Shown here one piece after another: positions 13,301 to 24,722 of a DNA stretch of 64,000 nt. The notes under the pieces were generated by a model. It had not been told where the DNA came from, ran no database searches, and saw only the letters and a list, made by a program, of their open reading frames with translations. The translations under genes and the position numbers were made by a program. The stretch is from contig JBNRSN020000009.1 of the NCBI GenBank assembly GCA_051313645.2, positions 129,704,001-129,768,000 of the forward strand, read 5' to 3'. This DNA is from Centroscyllium fabricii (lineage: Eukaryota). Position 1 is the stretch's first letter; the number at the start of each line of letters is the position of its first letter.

Positions 13301-15103
13301 CAACTCCAGCCACCGACCACGCCTGCGCACACTGCTGCGCATACCCAACCACCAACGCGGTCCAGACCGCGGTCGACTACGTCAAAATGGCGGCCGACCA
13401 ACTCACCGACCCCGACCTCCTCGACCCCACCAACAAACTTCCCGGCCTACTCTTAGCCACCGTAGCACACGGACCCACAGCCACGGGGGTCCGCTGCGAC
13501 GTCACCCTGCCCCAACCCAGGCCCGTGGTCCCCCACGCGTGGAGGCAACACATTTTCCAGACCCTCCACGGCCTCTCCCACCCCGGCGTCCGCGCATCCA
13601 CCAAGCTCATCTCTGCGCGATTCGTTTGGCGCGGCCTAAATAAAGATGTCCGCGCCTGGACCACCTCGTGCAATGCCTGCCAGCGAGCCAAGAGGCACAA
13701 CCACATCAAAGCACCGCTCCAACCAATCGTCATCCCAGCCAGACGTTTCAGCCACGTGCACATCGACCTGGTCGGACCACTACCCCCATCACGTGGTCAC
13801 TCGTACCTCCTCACAATGGTCGACCGCACCACCCGCTGGCCCGAAGCGGTTCCCCTCAACACGACCACCACCGCCGAACTGGCCAGGGCCTTCATCGCCA
13901 CCTGGGTCGCCCGCTTCGGCGTCCCCAACGACATTACTTCAGACAGGGGCCCCCAATTCACTTCAACTCTATGGTCAACCATCGCTCACGACCTTGGGGT
14001 AACCCTGCACCGAACCACTGCCTACCACCCGCAAGCCAATGGCCTCTGCGAACGGTTCCACCAAACTTTCAAAACATCCCTGCGGGCCAGCCTCCAGGAT
14101 GCAACCTGGACGGACCGCCTGCCCTGGGTAATGCTCGGCCTCCGCTCGGCGGCCAAAGAAGACCTACACGCCTCGGCAGCCGAGCTCGTTTACGGCCAAC
14201 CACTAACGGTACCAGGCGAGTTCGTGGCGGAAACAAACGAACCCTGGTCAGCCGAGCGCTGCCTCAGGGAATTCAACAACCAGGCAGCAGAATTCAAACC
14301 ACTTCCGGTGGCCCGCCACGGACAACCGGCGACACGTGTCCCCGAGGCCATTCAAGATGCCAAATATGTGTTTGTCCGCCATGACTCACACAAAACACCG
14401 CTGCAGGCACCGTACGACGGGCCATTCAGAGTGCTTCGGGCGGGACCCAAAACTTTTGACATTCAAATGGGCAACAGAACTGAGACCGTATCCATTGACC
14501 GGCTCAAACCAGCACACGTAATGGCGGGCGAGACAACAGTCCCCGCACAACCACCTAAACGCGGCCGCCCTACCGCACCAAAACCCGCCCACACTCCCAC
14601 ACAGACCAACAAGCAACACATCACACGTGCCGGCCGCACCATCAGGCCACCTAAGCGCCTCGCCTGAGGCAAAACTGGCAGAACACCTGCCGGCCACAAC
14701 ACCAGGCCATTGCGGCAAACTGTCCGACATTCTGTGTGTTATCGAAATATGTGTTTGCTCTCCTTTTTGTCTCCCTCTCCTCTAGGCAACTACACTTCCC
14801 CTCGCGGATTCTGGGGGGGAGCTGTGTGGCGACACGCCCACCGGCAGCTACGAACCCGCTCTGGGAAAGCTGCAAAACGGCCCCGCCCGTCGGAGGACGC
14901 ACGGGCATCCCCGACGTGATGACGTCACCAGGTGGCCGGCCGGCAGTGACGTCCCCAACCGCGGGACCTTTAAATACCTGAGCGCCAGGTGGCTCTCTTT
15001 CTTCTCTCCACCTGGCCATAGTTGTAACAGCTTACTGTAATAAAAGTGCTCCTTCCGAACCCTCTGTGTCCAGCGTGGTCCTTCAGCCTTGCATGCCTCC
15101 ACA
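10327..15103 (+). mobile_element. Full-length Gypsy provirus B (CsRn1-like), apparently intact
   Basis: 279-bp LTRs at 10327-10605 and 14825-15103 (one difference seen), TSD ACAG, tRNA-Trp PBS, PPT. Confidence 0.97.
10702..14667 (+). CDS. Gag-Pol polyprotein, 1321 aa (Gag CHCC, protease, RT, RNase H, integrase)
   Basis: Uninterrupted ORF with CYYH-x9-CVPPC, LCDTGA, YLDD, TDASD (RNase H), HGLSH..CNAC, D-D-E (HID, SDRG, CERF) and GPF. Confidence 0.96.
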   Translation: MPAVNDSARQGRRGQVYLPVPAIPQFWELRPAAWFRNTENTFRIHGVQGDDRYSLLFAALAQSTIDRMWDTIEEDTSAGRYESLKAALLEKFTPTIFERDCQVINLPDLGDADPTDLWTQFEALNRDPATLKHALYLLKLPPSIRPTLTVLEHLSNRQLAQEADKLIKAERTRATMHRNAAAQQEQHYPQPRPQLRAARTHKKPRTAGPGWCYYHTRFEAKAQRCVPPCNFKPQTSPSSTMCVGRSGALLFVTDSVSGLRFLCDTGAQHSIVPASPAESKQGTRGPPLEAANGSEILTFGTRQLTIKLAGHRYTWDFITAQVNMPLLGADFLCAHGLLVDVTRRRLVDIQIMSTIPCSTAPAHQTHTAAHCRARNSDTYATLLAEFPILTNPTFTARSAKHGVEHHITTTGPPVHAHARRLDPAKLEIARAEFHIMEQLGIIRRSSSPWASPLHIAPKPDGGWRPCGDYRRLNNATTPDRYPVPHIQDFSVRLAGCTVFSKIDLVRGYHQVPVHLADVPKTAVITPFGLFEFFRMPFGLKNAAQAFQRLMDSVLRDLQFTFVYLDDILVASASPREHLIHLRTLFKRLADHGLILSPSKCRFGLEAIDFLGHHISHTGAIPLPSKVQAVQELPRPHSIKGLQEFLGMVNFYNRFIPGAAALMAPLYRATHGQSNKTAVEWTAEADTAFTATKTALAKATLLSHPRPNARVALTTDASDHAVGAVFEQWSGDSWQPLAFFSRHLRPPEVKYSAFDRELLALYLAVRHFRFLLEGRHFTAFVDHKPLVSAMAKRSEPWSARQQRQLATVSEFTTDIQHIAGRDNVVADCLSRPAIDKPNPDRPNNHPLCPATSSAGTTGTQTDRADNPPTPATDHACAHCCAYPTTNAVQTAVDYVKMAADQLTDPDLLDPTNKLPGLLLATVAHGPTATGVRCDVTLPQPRPVVPHAWRQHIFQTLHGLSHPGVRASTKLISARFVWRGLNKDVRAWTTSCNACQRAKRHNHIKAPLQPIVIPARRFSHVHIDLVGPLPPSRGHSYLLTMVDRTTRWPEAVPLNTTTTAELARAFIATWVARFGVPNDITSDRGPQFTSTLWSTIAHDLGVTLHRTTAYHPQANGLCERFHQTFKTSLRASLQDATWTDRLPWVMLGLRSAAKEDLHASAAELVYGQPLTVPGEFVAETNEPWSAERCLREFNNQAAEFKPLPVARHGQPATRVPEAIQDAKYVFVRHDSHKTPLQAPYDGPFRVLRAGPKTFDIQMGNRTETVSIDRLKPAHVMAGETTVPAQPPKRGRPTAPKPAHTPTQTNKQHITRAGRTIRPPKRLA

Positions 15104-16924
15104 ACAGCAGTTAGGTTGTATTTCATCGGAACAACACAGTATGATACACCAACAATTGTTTCCCAAATAGATATATATATGCACATACACAGGTAACTTA
15201 TAGGATGGGGAACGCACGGCACATCGTAAATCGGGGCAATGACTCTACAAATACACCCCAAATAAACCACCCTTCCCTCTATTGCCTAGCTATGTCCAGG
15301 TGTGTAGGATCGGGGCACATGCTCACCACTCGGTAATACTCGGGGTCTGCAGCGTCGGTCGTCACGTGGCTGTGGAAGATTCGGGAGTCCACTTGTTGTC
15401 TTCTCCCTCTGGGCGGCGGCCGCTCCTGCTCGGGCTGGTCCCGGACGGGTTCCTCGAGGCTGCTCTACCTCCTCGCACCAACCGCACCGTCTCCCTGGCT
15501 GAACCGGACCCTGGGGTATGCCGATCCTGCCCTCTCAAGCCGAACTGTAACGGGCTGCTAGCCTACTTGCTTTCCCCACTCTTCGAATGATAGCTTAATC
15601 GCCGTGTTCAACAAGACGCTACTAATGGGCCCCAACAACCAACTACCTCACCAGCAATGGTTTTCCGATGCGATACTGCCCTGACCCAACTCTGCTGTCC
15701 TGCCAGAGCCTGCACCCTGCTTGCCCTGCACCCAGAAAGCTGAACTGGAGTCTTCGAAACAGAGAGCCCACCCAAAGTTACTGCCAAAGCTCAAAAGTTC
15801 TTTTCCTAGACCTCACCGCTTCCAGAGGTCGATTCCACGAGTCAAGAGAGAGAAATCCAAACCCCCCCTCCTCCAGGGAGTCCGAGATGAAGAGAGAGCT
15901 CTTTCCAGAGAGCCCACAGAAGAAGAAGAGTTTCCAAGAGAGAGAGAGAGACCTCACCGCTTCAAGAGGTCGCCTCTACGAGTCCTAAGTCATAAGAGCG
16001 ATTTTACAAGAGACAGAATTGTAGAATGTCCTGCCAGTTATACTATGAAGCTAATGTCTTTCTCATTAGGCAGGTATTGTGTTTAGAAAAACGGTTACTG
16101 CATTCCTTTGTCCAGCCAAGCCTGCTGGTAATAGTTTGATGGCACCCTAACCTCTCCGTTAGAGCTCCCATTGTTTTGTAAGGGTGCTAATCGCTTTAAT
16201 GCGGGCTTGCTGTGTAAATCTTGTGTCTGGCTAAACGGCCAGTAATTTCAATATTTGCAGCTTTATCGGGTGCTTATTTAACTGGGTGCATTTCTTTGTG
16301 GGGCTAAGCGATTTCTGAGGGGCTGGCTACTTATTTACAGGTTTAACAGCGCCTTCATGTCTGGCTTCTTCGCGGGCTTTTTCCGAATTGGGTTTTGGTT
16401 TCGTTTTACACTATGCCATGTGGTCCGGCGGCCATCTTGGAGGCCCCTTTTTCTCTGATCAGGCCGCAGCCTGTCCTGTCTGCCATTGTTCAATAAAAGA
16501 AACATGTATACTCCATCCCTTCGTTTCTGGTCTTTGTGAATCCGTTTTTGACTTGGAATATTGCGACCTTACATACTTCAGTGCAGTGCTGAGGGAGCGC
16601 TGCACTGTTGGAGGAGCTGTCTATCGGATGAGACGTTAAACCAAGGCCCCGTCTGCCCTCTCAGGTGAATGTAAAAGTTCCCATGGCACTATTTCGAAGA
16701 AGAGCACGGGAATTTTCTCTGGGGCCCTGGCCAATATTTATCCTCAATCAACATCATTAAAAAAAATGCAGACTATGTGGTCATTGTCATGTTGCTGTTT
16801 GTGGGAGCTTACTGTGCACAAATTGGCTGCCGCATTTCCTATATTACAACAGTGACTGTACTTCATTGGCTGTAAAATGCTTTGGGACGTCCAGTGGTCG
16901 TGAAAGGCGCTATATAAATGAAAG

Positions 16925-17586
16925 TCGGATATTGGGTTTTAGCACCCCAAGTAGGAGGTGAGGCGCTACTGCAGACACCCCACCTCGTTCTTTGGGCGCT
17001 ACCACTCGATTTCGGGCGACTGCTTGCCGCAGCGCCACGTTCTGCAGAGCACTGTGCCACGGTACTGCAGGACTCACTCCACTTCTTAAAGGGGAGTGGC
17101 CTAGTGCGGCCCAGCCCGGAGCCCCGTTGGGCCGCCGGGGCTCGGAATGCCGTCAAAGGAGCCCGGCACTCAAGGGAACTGCCGGGCTCACGGAGCACAG
17201 CCAGCACTCTGCGGGGGGGCATCGGGGAAGGCCGGGGACGGCAGTGGGGGCAGGTGCTGGCAGTTGGCCAGGAAGAAAAATGGCCGCCTGGCACCCACCC
17301 CTTTAAATAGCGCTGCCCAAGCTGCAAGTACACCCCCCTGACCCTGTCGGTGACAATGTCTGACGGTACGTCAGCGGGCGCAACTCAAGTTCGCGGCCGG
17401 GGCGCTGTGCACGGCGATGACCCGATCGCCAGCGGTGCGGCGCCACGGAGCGCTACTGGCTGCCGCCACTGCCACTGCCCCGCTGAATATCGCGGGTGGC
17501 ACCAGCCCAGGCGCTAGGTGCCTTGCGCCCCATTAGCAGCCCTCTTAGGGCGCTAACAGCTGGCGCAAGCCACCCAATTTTCCCCC
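16925..17586. mobile_element. GC-rich MITE-like element (related to 32991-33560)
   Basis: Shares GAGCCCGGCACTCA, AAAATGGCCGCC and terminal CAATTTTCCCCC with the 33-kb copy. The left TIR is degenerate. Confidence 0.55.
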
Positions 17587-17684
17587 ATACTTTTTAACCA
17601 CGAGTCTACCTTTTAATATCTGCCAACCATCACAGAGCTTGATTTTTTTTTAAGTGCTGCACTACAATGGTTTGGGGTTATTTC

Positions 17685-17915
17685 TTCTTCCTTCTTCTTA
17701 GGCAGCCCCTACGAATCGAGGATGACTTGCTTCCACTTTAAAAATGATTTCTCAGGTGACTGATGAGTCCAATGCGGGACCTACAGTCTCTGTCACAGGT
17801 GGGGCAGACGGTGCTTGAAGAGGCGGGTGGGTGGGGTGCGTGGGATGACGTGCGCTCCTTGCGCTGCCTGCGCTTGGCTTCCACTTGCTGCCGGCGAAGA
17901 GACTCAAGGTGTTCG
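17685..17915 (-). mobile_element. RTE-clade LINE 3' end fragment
   Basis: Colinear with 26175-26400 (GAGGATGACTTGCTTCCAC, TGTCACAGGTGGGGCAGAC). Confidence 0.7.
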
Positions 17916-18496
17916 GGGTTATTTATGTCACAGTTCTCTTAAAATGACGGCTTTTTCTGATAAAATACTTGGAATTGTTTGGAGACTGCAGTTGCTACAC
18001 CATAATTTCAAAATAAGTTCTCCCTACTGAGTAGATGCTGTCTTGTGGGTGGCCCCAGGTTGCAGTGCCAGAACACAGAATACGAGGACACTGCCTCTTT
18101 GACTGAACACAGTGATGTGTCATTCTTGTGTCGGCTGTCACAGACAGGGCAGTGAGTGGAGACCAGGCAGCCAACTTAAAAGAAGGGAATGGGCAGTGAC
18201 CGAACTCATGGTCAACTCAACTGAAGTCTGGAAACAAATTGCAGGCTCGTACTTTTCCTGGGAGTGATGTGGGGTGGGTGGGTGGGTGTGTGTGCATGTG
18301 TGCATTAGTGCTATGTCTATTGACACCACTGTGTCAACCAATTAGTTGGAGGTGGGATGGAACTTACAGCCGGACTCGCAGCAAACAGTCTATTTTACAG
18401 CAAGCAAAGTCTATTTACTCAGCAAACAGAGTCTTTTTAAACTGCACACTACAGCAAACAGTCTACAGAGTCTATTTAAACAGTCATAGAGTCATT

Positions 18497-19278
18497 GGGC
18501 GCGAAATTGGTGAGCGCACGATTTGGGGCGCTAAAATGGGTGCAGCGCTAATATTAGCGCCGGGCGCAAATAGTGCCAGAGCGCCCGATATTGGGTTTTG
18601 CATCGGCCTTGCAGATTTTAGCGCTAAATCTAGCATTGCACGGGTGCAAACGCCCAATTTCGTGGCACTAATTGCTGATCGCGGACGCAGCCCTCCTTCA
18701 GCAACTCCTTGTTTTCCCATGAACTCTGGAGCCGGACAGATCTTGAAGGAGGTAGGGGAAGCAGTGCATGATGTGTCGGCACCCCTCCCTCATCATCTCC
18801 CCGATCTCTGCCAACACCCCTCATCATCTCCCTGATCTCGCCCGACCCCCCTCATCATCTCCCCATCTCGGCCGAACCCCCTCAGCATCTGTCCGATCTC
18901 GGTCGAACCCCCTCAGCATCTGGCCGATCTCGGCTGAACCCCCTCCATCAGCATCTGGCCGATCTCAGGCTGACCCCCCTCTCTCAGCAGCGGCCACTCA
19001 GACCCTCAGCAGCGCTTGCCAAAGCTGGGGCTGGCAGCGCTGCGCCAGGGGGACAGGCACAAAGACGAATTTCGGGCACAGCCCGGCGGGCGGGTGTTGC
19101 ACCCGGATATGCACAACGATTGTCGATCGCAAATTAGCGCACGCTAACAGTTAGCGCCAGCGCTAATCTCTGGGTAAATTTTGGGCATGGCGCTAAATTG
19201 GTAGAGCCCGGCGCTAAAACCTGTAGCGCCCATTTTTCAGCGCTAAATGGACGGCGCTACAGTACCAATTTCGCGCCC
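18497..19278. mobile_element. PIF/Harbinger-like MITE (related to 1024-2139)
   Basis: Perfect 15-bp TIR GGGCGCGAAATTGGT, flanks ATT/ATA, internal degenerate tandem repeat at about 18780-18980. Confidence 0.8.
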
Positions 19279-20048
19279 ATAGAGTTTTTCAGCACAGAAA
19301 GAGGCCCTTCAGCCCATCGCGTCTGTGCCGGCCATCGAGCCCTGTCTACTGTAATCCCATTTTCCTGCATTTGGTCCATAGCCTTGTATGCTATAGCATT
19401 TCAAGTGCTCATCCAAATGCTTCTTGAATGTTGTGAGGGTTCCTGCCTCCACCAGCCTTTCAGGCAGTGAGTTCCAGATTCCAACCACCCTCTGGGTGAA
19501 AAAGTTCTTCCTCAAATCCCCTCTAAACCTCCCACCCCTTACCTTGAAACTATGCCCCATTGTTATTGACCCCTCTACCAAGGGAAAACGTTCCTTTCTA
19601 TCTACCCTATCTATGCCCCTCATAATTTTGTGCACCTCAATCAGGTCCCCCCTCAGCCTTCTCTGCTCTAAGGAAAACAACCCCAGCCTGTCCAGTCTCT
19701 CTTCATAGCTGAAGCACTCCAGCCCAGGTAACATCCTGGTGAATCTCCTCTGCACCCTCTCCAAGGCAATCACATCATTCCTATAGTGTGGTGACCAGAA
19801 CTGCACACAGTACTCCAGCTGTGGCCTTACCAGCGTTTTGTACAGCTCCCTCATAACCTCCCTGCTCTTATATTCTACGCCTCGGCTATTGAAGGCAAGT
19901 TTCCCATATGCCTTTTTAACCACCTTATCCACCTGTCCTGCTGCCTTCAGGGATCTATGTACATGCACACCAAGGTCCCTCTGATCCTCTGTCTTTCCTA
20001 GGGTCTTACCCTTCATTGTGTATTCCCTTGCCTTGTTAGTCCTTCCAG
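19279..20048 (-). mobile_element. CR1 LINE 3' fragment
   Basis: ORF 19309-20151 contains the CR1 RT C-terminus (LVRPQLEYCVQFWSP, NFFTQRVVGIWNSLP). Close relative of 1-1023. The tail resumes at 18483-18496. Confidence 0.93.
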
Positions 20049-21182
20049 TGTCTTTACAAACTACAGCACACAGAACACGTGACCAAAAATATAGCAGTCT
20101 CCCACTACACAGCGAGTGGAGGATAGTTACATACAAATTATGGGCATACAATCAATCCCAGCCACTTGCAGCAGTGTAGTCTCCAGTTGTGAATGTCGGG
20201 GGAGTTACTCAATCATCTCCATTCAGTCACTATAAGCAGGTGTATTAGTGAGAGGGGAGAAAATAAGCACTGTAGTGACAGAATGCTACCTATATTCTCC
20301 TTATATGTACAGTGCAATTTTTATTACAAAACAGCTGCATAAATCGGTCTGTTTTTTGAAGTGTTTCTACCTCGCTTCATCCTCATCGTATTGAAATGAA
20401 GTTTAATTCCTGTTCTATATCATTCTTTTCCAGATCCTCAGAAGTGTGCAACTCTTTGCCTCCCTCAGTCTTTGCCTCCCTCCTACAGTCTGCAGGCTTT
20501 ACCTGAGTCACTGTTTCCTAATTTAACCTTGTCTGCCTATTACTCTTTCTGACTTTAGTGCTGCCTGTTCGTTAGAACGTCACCCTTCGCCTGGACTTCT
20601 TGTAACGGTTGTAGGTTGGGCCCAAATGCAATACACCGAAAACATACGTAGAAGTAAACTCCTTTATTTCCGAGCAGTCAAAGACATGGGAAACAGTAGG
20701 TCAATAACGGCAGAAAGTTCACGGAGGCAACAAGTCCAAAACAGAGTTCAGGCAGGAGAGAATCCAAATTCAGAAACAGTAATATACCGGGCAGTCCGTC
20801 CACGGGAGCGACAAATCCAAGACAGAGTTCAAGCAGAAGAGAATCCAAATTTCCAGTAAGCAGGTCAGTATCACGAACAGACAGGATCAGAGAGCTAGGA
20901 ACTAAACACATGTATCACAGTCAGGAAGAAATAACGATCTGGCAACCTCATGGTGAAAAGTGGGAGTTTATATACAGCTCTAGATACTACTGGTTAATCT
21001 GGGCTGTCCAATCAGGTGCATGCAGTAGTTAACGAGGTGCTGACCAGTTTAAAGGAGAAGAGCCCACCTAGGAGTTAAAGGGGAATCTAACCTATGACAG
21101 AACCCCCCCCTCAAGGGACGACTCCTGACGTCCCAAACCCCAAATGCCGGAATCGGGTGGGCGGAGGGGTGCGGAGGAGGGA

Positions 21183-24100
21183 CTAACATTCCTTGGGACC
21201 CTCATCCACGTCCATCTCATCACAAGAATGAAGGGAATTTTCATCATCAGAAGATTGTACCTCCTCGTTCAGGGTTTCCAGAGAATGCACGGAACCGGAC
21301 CCTTGCCCAGACTCCCCAGGGGGCGCAGTCCTCCTACTTGGCTGGTCGGGATGCCTTTTGTGGAAGTCGACCATAAGCTGAGGATCCACTATGTGGCGAG
21401 CAGGAACCCAGGACCTCTCTTCTGGACCATACCCCTCCCAGTCCACCAGGTACTGAAGTCCTCTCCCTCGACGACGGGAGCGAAGTAGGCGACGAACAGT
21501 GTAGACCAACCCACCGTCGAGCATACGAGGAGGCGGAGGGGGCGTGGCAACAGGCACCAAAGCACTCTCACGTGCTGGTTTGATTCTTGACACATGAAAC
21601 GTGGGATGAACCCGCATGGATCGAGGAAGCTTGAGTCTCACAGCCGCTGGGTTGATGATCTTCTGGATCTCGAAGGGCCCGATAAAACGGGGAGCAAGCT
21701 TCTTCGACTCCACCTGGAGAGGCAGGTCCTTAGTGGAGAGCCACACCTTCTGCCCAGCCTGATATTTAGGAGCCTCCGAGCGACGACGGTTGGCGGCAGC
21801 CGAGTAGCGATCCGCCGAGCGAAGCAACGAAGTCCGAGCCTGGTCCCATGTCCGGCGACAACGATGAATAAATGCCTGGACGGACAGACAGGAAACCTCC
21901 CTCTCCAGGTCCGGAAACAATGGGGGCTGGAATCCATAGGCGCACTGGAACGGGGTGAGTCCGGTGGCGGAACTGGTCAGAGTGTTGTGAGCGTACTCTA
22001 CCCACAGGAGTAGCTGGGACCAGGAAGAGGGATTCTGGGAGACAATACATCGGAGAGCCTTCTCCATCTCCTGATTCATACGTTCAGACTGCCCGTTGGA
22101 CTGCGGATGAAAACCCGACGACAGACTGACTGTGGCCCCGATCAGACTGCAGAACTCCCTCCAGAATACTGACGTAAACTGAGGTCCCCGATCAGAGACT
22201 ATGTCTACAGGAAGCCCATGAAGCCGGAAAACATGTTGCAGCATAAGTTCAGCTGTCTCCTTCGCCGAGGGCAGTTTAGGCAGAGGTATGAAGTGGGCCA
22301 TCTTGCTGAATCGGTCCACCACTGTCAGGATCGTGGTTAGTCCCTTGGATGGAGGCAGACCGGTAACAAAGTCCAAGGATATGTGGGACCAAGGACGATG
22401 TGGTATCGGTAGAGGTTGCAGAAGGCCAGCGGGAGCCCGATGAGACGGCTTGTGTTGGTTGCAGACCGAGCAGGCGTTGACAAACTCCCGGGTGTCTTCT
22501 TCCAGCGTATCCCACCAGAACCTCCGCAGTATAACCTCTTTGGTCCTTTGAGCCCCCGGATGGCAGGAAAGCTTGGAAGCATGGGCCCACAGGAGAACAT
22601 CAGGTCGAAGGTTCGTGGGAACGAATAGACGGTCGGGAGGACAACCGCTGGGTCCAGCCTGATCCCCCACGGCTGATCTCACCCTCTCCTCGATCTCCCA
22701 CATAACAGCAGCAATAAGACAAGGAGCTGGAAGGATGAGGTCAGATCCAGGAGCGGAACCCTCCTCCTTCTGGAACTGGCGGGACAGAGCATCAGGCTTG
22801 ACATTGCGAGAACCAGGCCTGTAGGAGAGGGTGAAGTTGAAACGGGTAAAGAAGAGGGACCACCTAGCCTGCCGTGAATTCAGCCTCTTGGCCGTGCGAA
22901 TGTATTCAAGGTTTTTGTGGTCTGTCCAGACTAGGAACGGCAGCTTGGTCCCCTCTAGCCAATGGCGCCACTCCTCCAATGCCATTTTGACCGCCAGTAA
23001 CTCCCGGTTCCCGATGTCATAGTTCATCTCAGCCAAGGACAGGCGTTTGGAAAAATAGGCACAGGGATGTAGCTTTTGGTCGGAAGCCGAATGTTGGGAC
23101 AGAATAGCCCCTACTCCAACATCTGATGCGTCCACCTCTACCACGAACTGCTGATCCGGATCAGGCACCTGGAGAATGGGAGCAGAGGTGAACCGGGACC
23201 TGAGACCTCGAAAAGCCTCCTCCGCTGCAGAAGACCACAGGAACGGCACCTTAGAGGAGGTAAGAGCCGATAACGGGGCCGCTACCGTGCTGTAGCTGCG
23301 AATGAACCGTCGATAGAAATTAGCGAATCCCAGAAACCGCTGTAGCTGTTTACGTGTCTCTGGAATAGGCCATGACGCGACAGCTGACACCTTCTCTGGA
23401 TCTATCTGCACGCTCCCCTGCGCAATGATGTACCCCAAGAAAGAAACGGTAGTGACGTGAAACTCACACTTCTCCGCCTTCACAAATAATGAGTTCTCGA
23501 GAAGCCGTTGCAGGACAGTCTGGACATGGTGAACATGCTCCTCACGAGACTTAGAAAAGATTTAAATGTCGTCCATGTACACGAACACAAACCGGTTCAG
23601 CATGTCTCTTAAAACGTCATTAACCAAGGCTTGGAATACCGCCGGGGCGTTGGTTAACCCGAACGGCATTATGAGGTATTCATAATGTCCAGAGGGAGTG
23701 TTGAAAGCAGCCTTCCATTCATCGCCCTCTCGGATCCGAACCAGATGATAGGCATTACGAAGGTCCAGCTTAGTAAAGATGGTCACCCCCTGTAGCAACT
23801 CAAAAGCAGAAGAGATGAGAGGAAGAGGATACCGGTTCTTTACTGTGATGTCATTAAGACCCCTGTAGTCGATGCATGGTCGCAGCGACCCGTCCCTCTT
23901 ACCCACAAAAAAGAATCCAGCCCCAGCAGGTGATGAAGAGGAACGGATGATCCCCGCCGCCATAGAGTCGCTGATGTACGTTTCCATGGCCTCCCTCTCA
24001 GGTGCAGACAAGGAATACAGCCGTCCCTTGGGTGGGGAAGAACCTGGCAGCAGATCAATGACGCAGTCATAGGGGCGATGTGGAGGCAGAGACGTGGCTC

Positions 24101-24722
24101 TAGCTTTGCTGAATACCTCCCTAAAATCATGGTATTCAGTGGGAACCACCAAAAGATCTGAAGCGGGAAGAGGTGTTAATGGCTGTCGGAAGATGGTAGC
24201 CTGTTTCAGACAGACCTGGTGACCGGAGGAACTCCACCCCAAAATAGCTCCCGTGTTCCAGTCAATGTGGGGGTTGTGGCGGCGAAGCCAAGTGTGTCCC
24301 AGAATCAAAGGAAGCCGAGGTGATTTCAGGATATGAAATTGAATGCTTTCATGATGATTACCAGACATAAGCATGTGAACCGGTGAGGTCTGATGTGTCA
24401 CCGTTCCCAGGAGGTGACCGTCTAGGGCGTTGGCAGGAACCGGCTGCGGCAGTGGAACCCGGTCAATCTCCAGCTGTGTGACAAGATCCTCATCAATAAT
24501 GTTGACGTCGGCTCCAGAGTCAATAAAGGTGACGAGAGTCTGGGATCCCCTGGGAAGAAGAAGTCTGGCCTGGCACAAGGGTCGTGGATTGGGAGAGAGT
24601 CTTGTAGGAGTTCGACTCACCAGTACGACTCCATCTACTGGTGAGTCCGGCCTTTTGCTGGGCATTGGGAAACAAAATGGCCGGCCTGGCCGCAGTACAA
24701 ACAGAGATTCCCCTGGCGGCAT
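21183..24722 (-). pseudogene. Pol of provirus C (PR-RT-RNaseH-IN-chromodomain) with one nonsense codon
   Basis: FIDSGA protease and YMDDI followed by TAA at 23562-23564. The same frame continues through RNase H, integrase and chromodomain ([18 protein letters not shown]). Confidence 0.93.

Larger units (their letters stand above)
10068..16573. mobile_element. Long (~1.7 kb net) solo-LTR-like element interrupted by provirus B
   Basis: Termini TGTAAGG...CCTTACA, 4-bp TSD TACT. Homologous to 57122-58910 at both ends and internally. Confidence 0.8.
5206..16925 (+). mobile_element. tRNA-derived DeuSINE (SacSINE1-like), split in three pieces (5206-5305, 10058-10067, 16574-16925) by LTR insertions
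   Basis: The joined pieces are colinear with the intact copy at 38353-38800 (A/B-box head, GATGAGACGTTAAACC..GGCCCCGTCTG core, GCGCTATATAAATG tail). Confidence 0.8.

Noticed and set aside
5306-15103. Proviruses A and B as a tandem or segmental duplication
   Set aside because: Each has its own TSD and its own LTR variant pair, and B is nested in a separate element.
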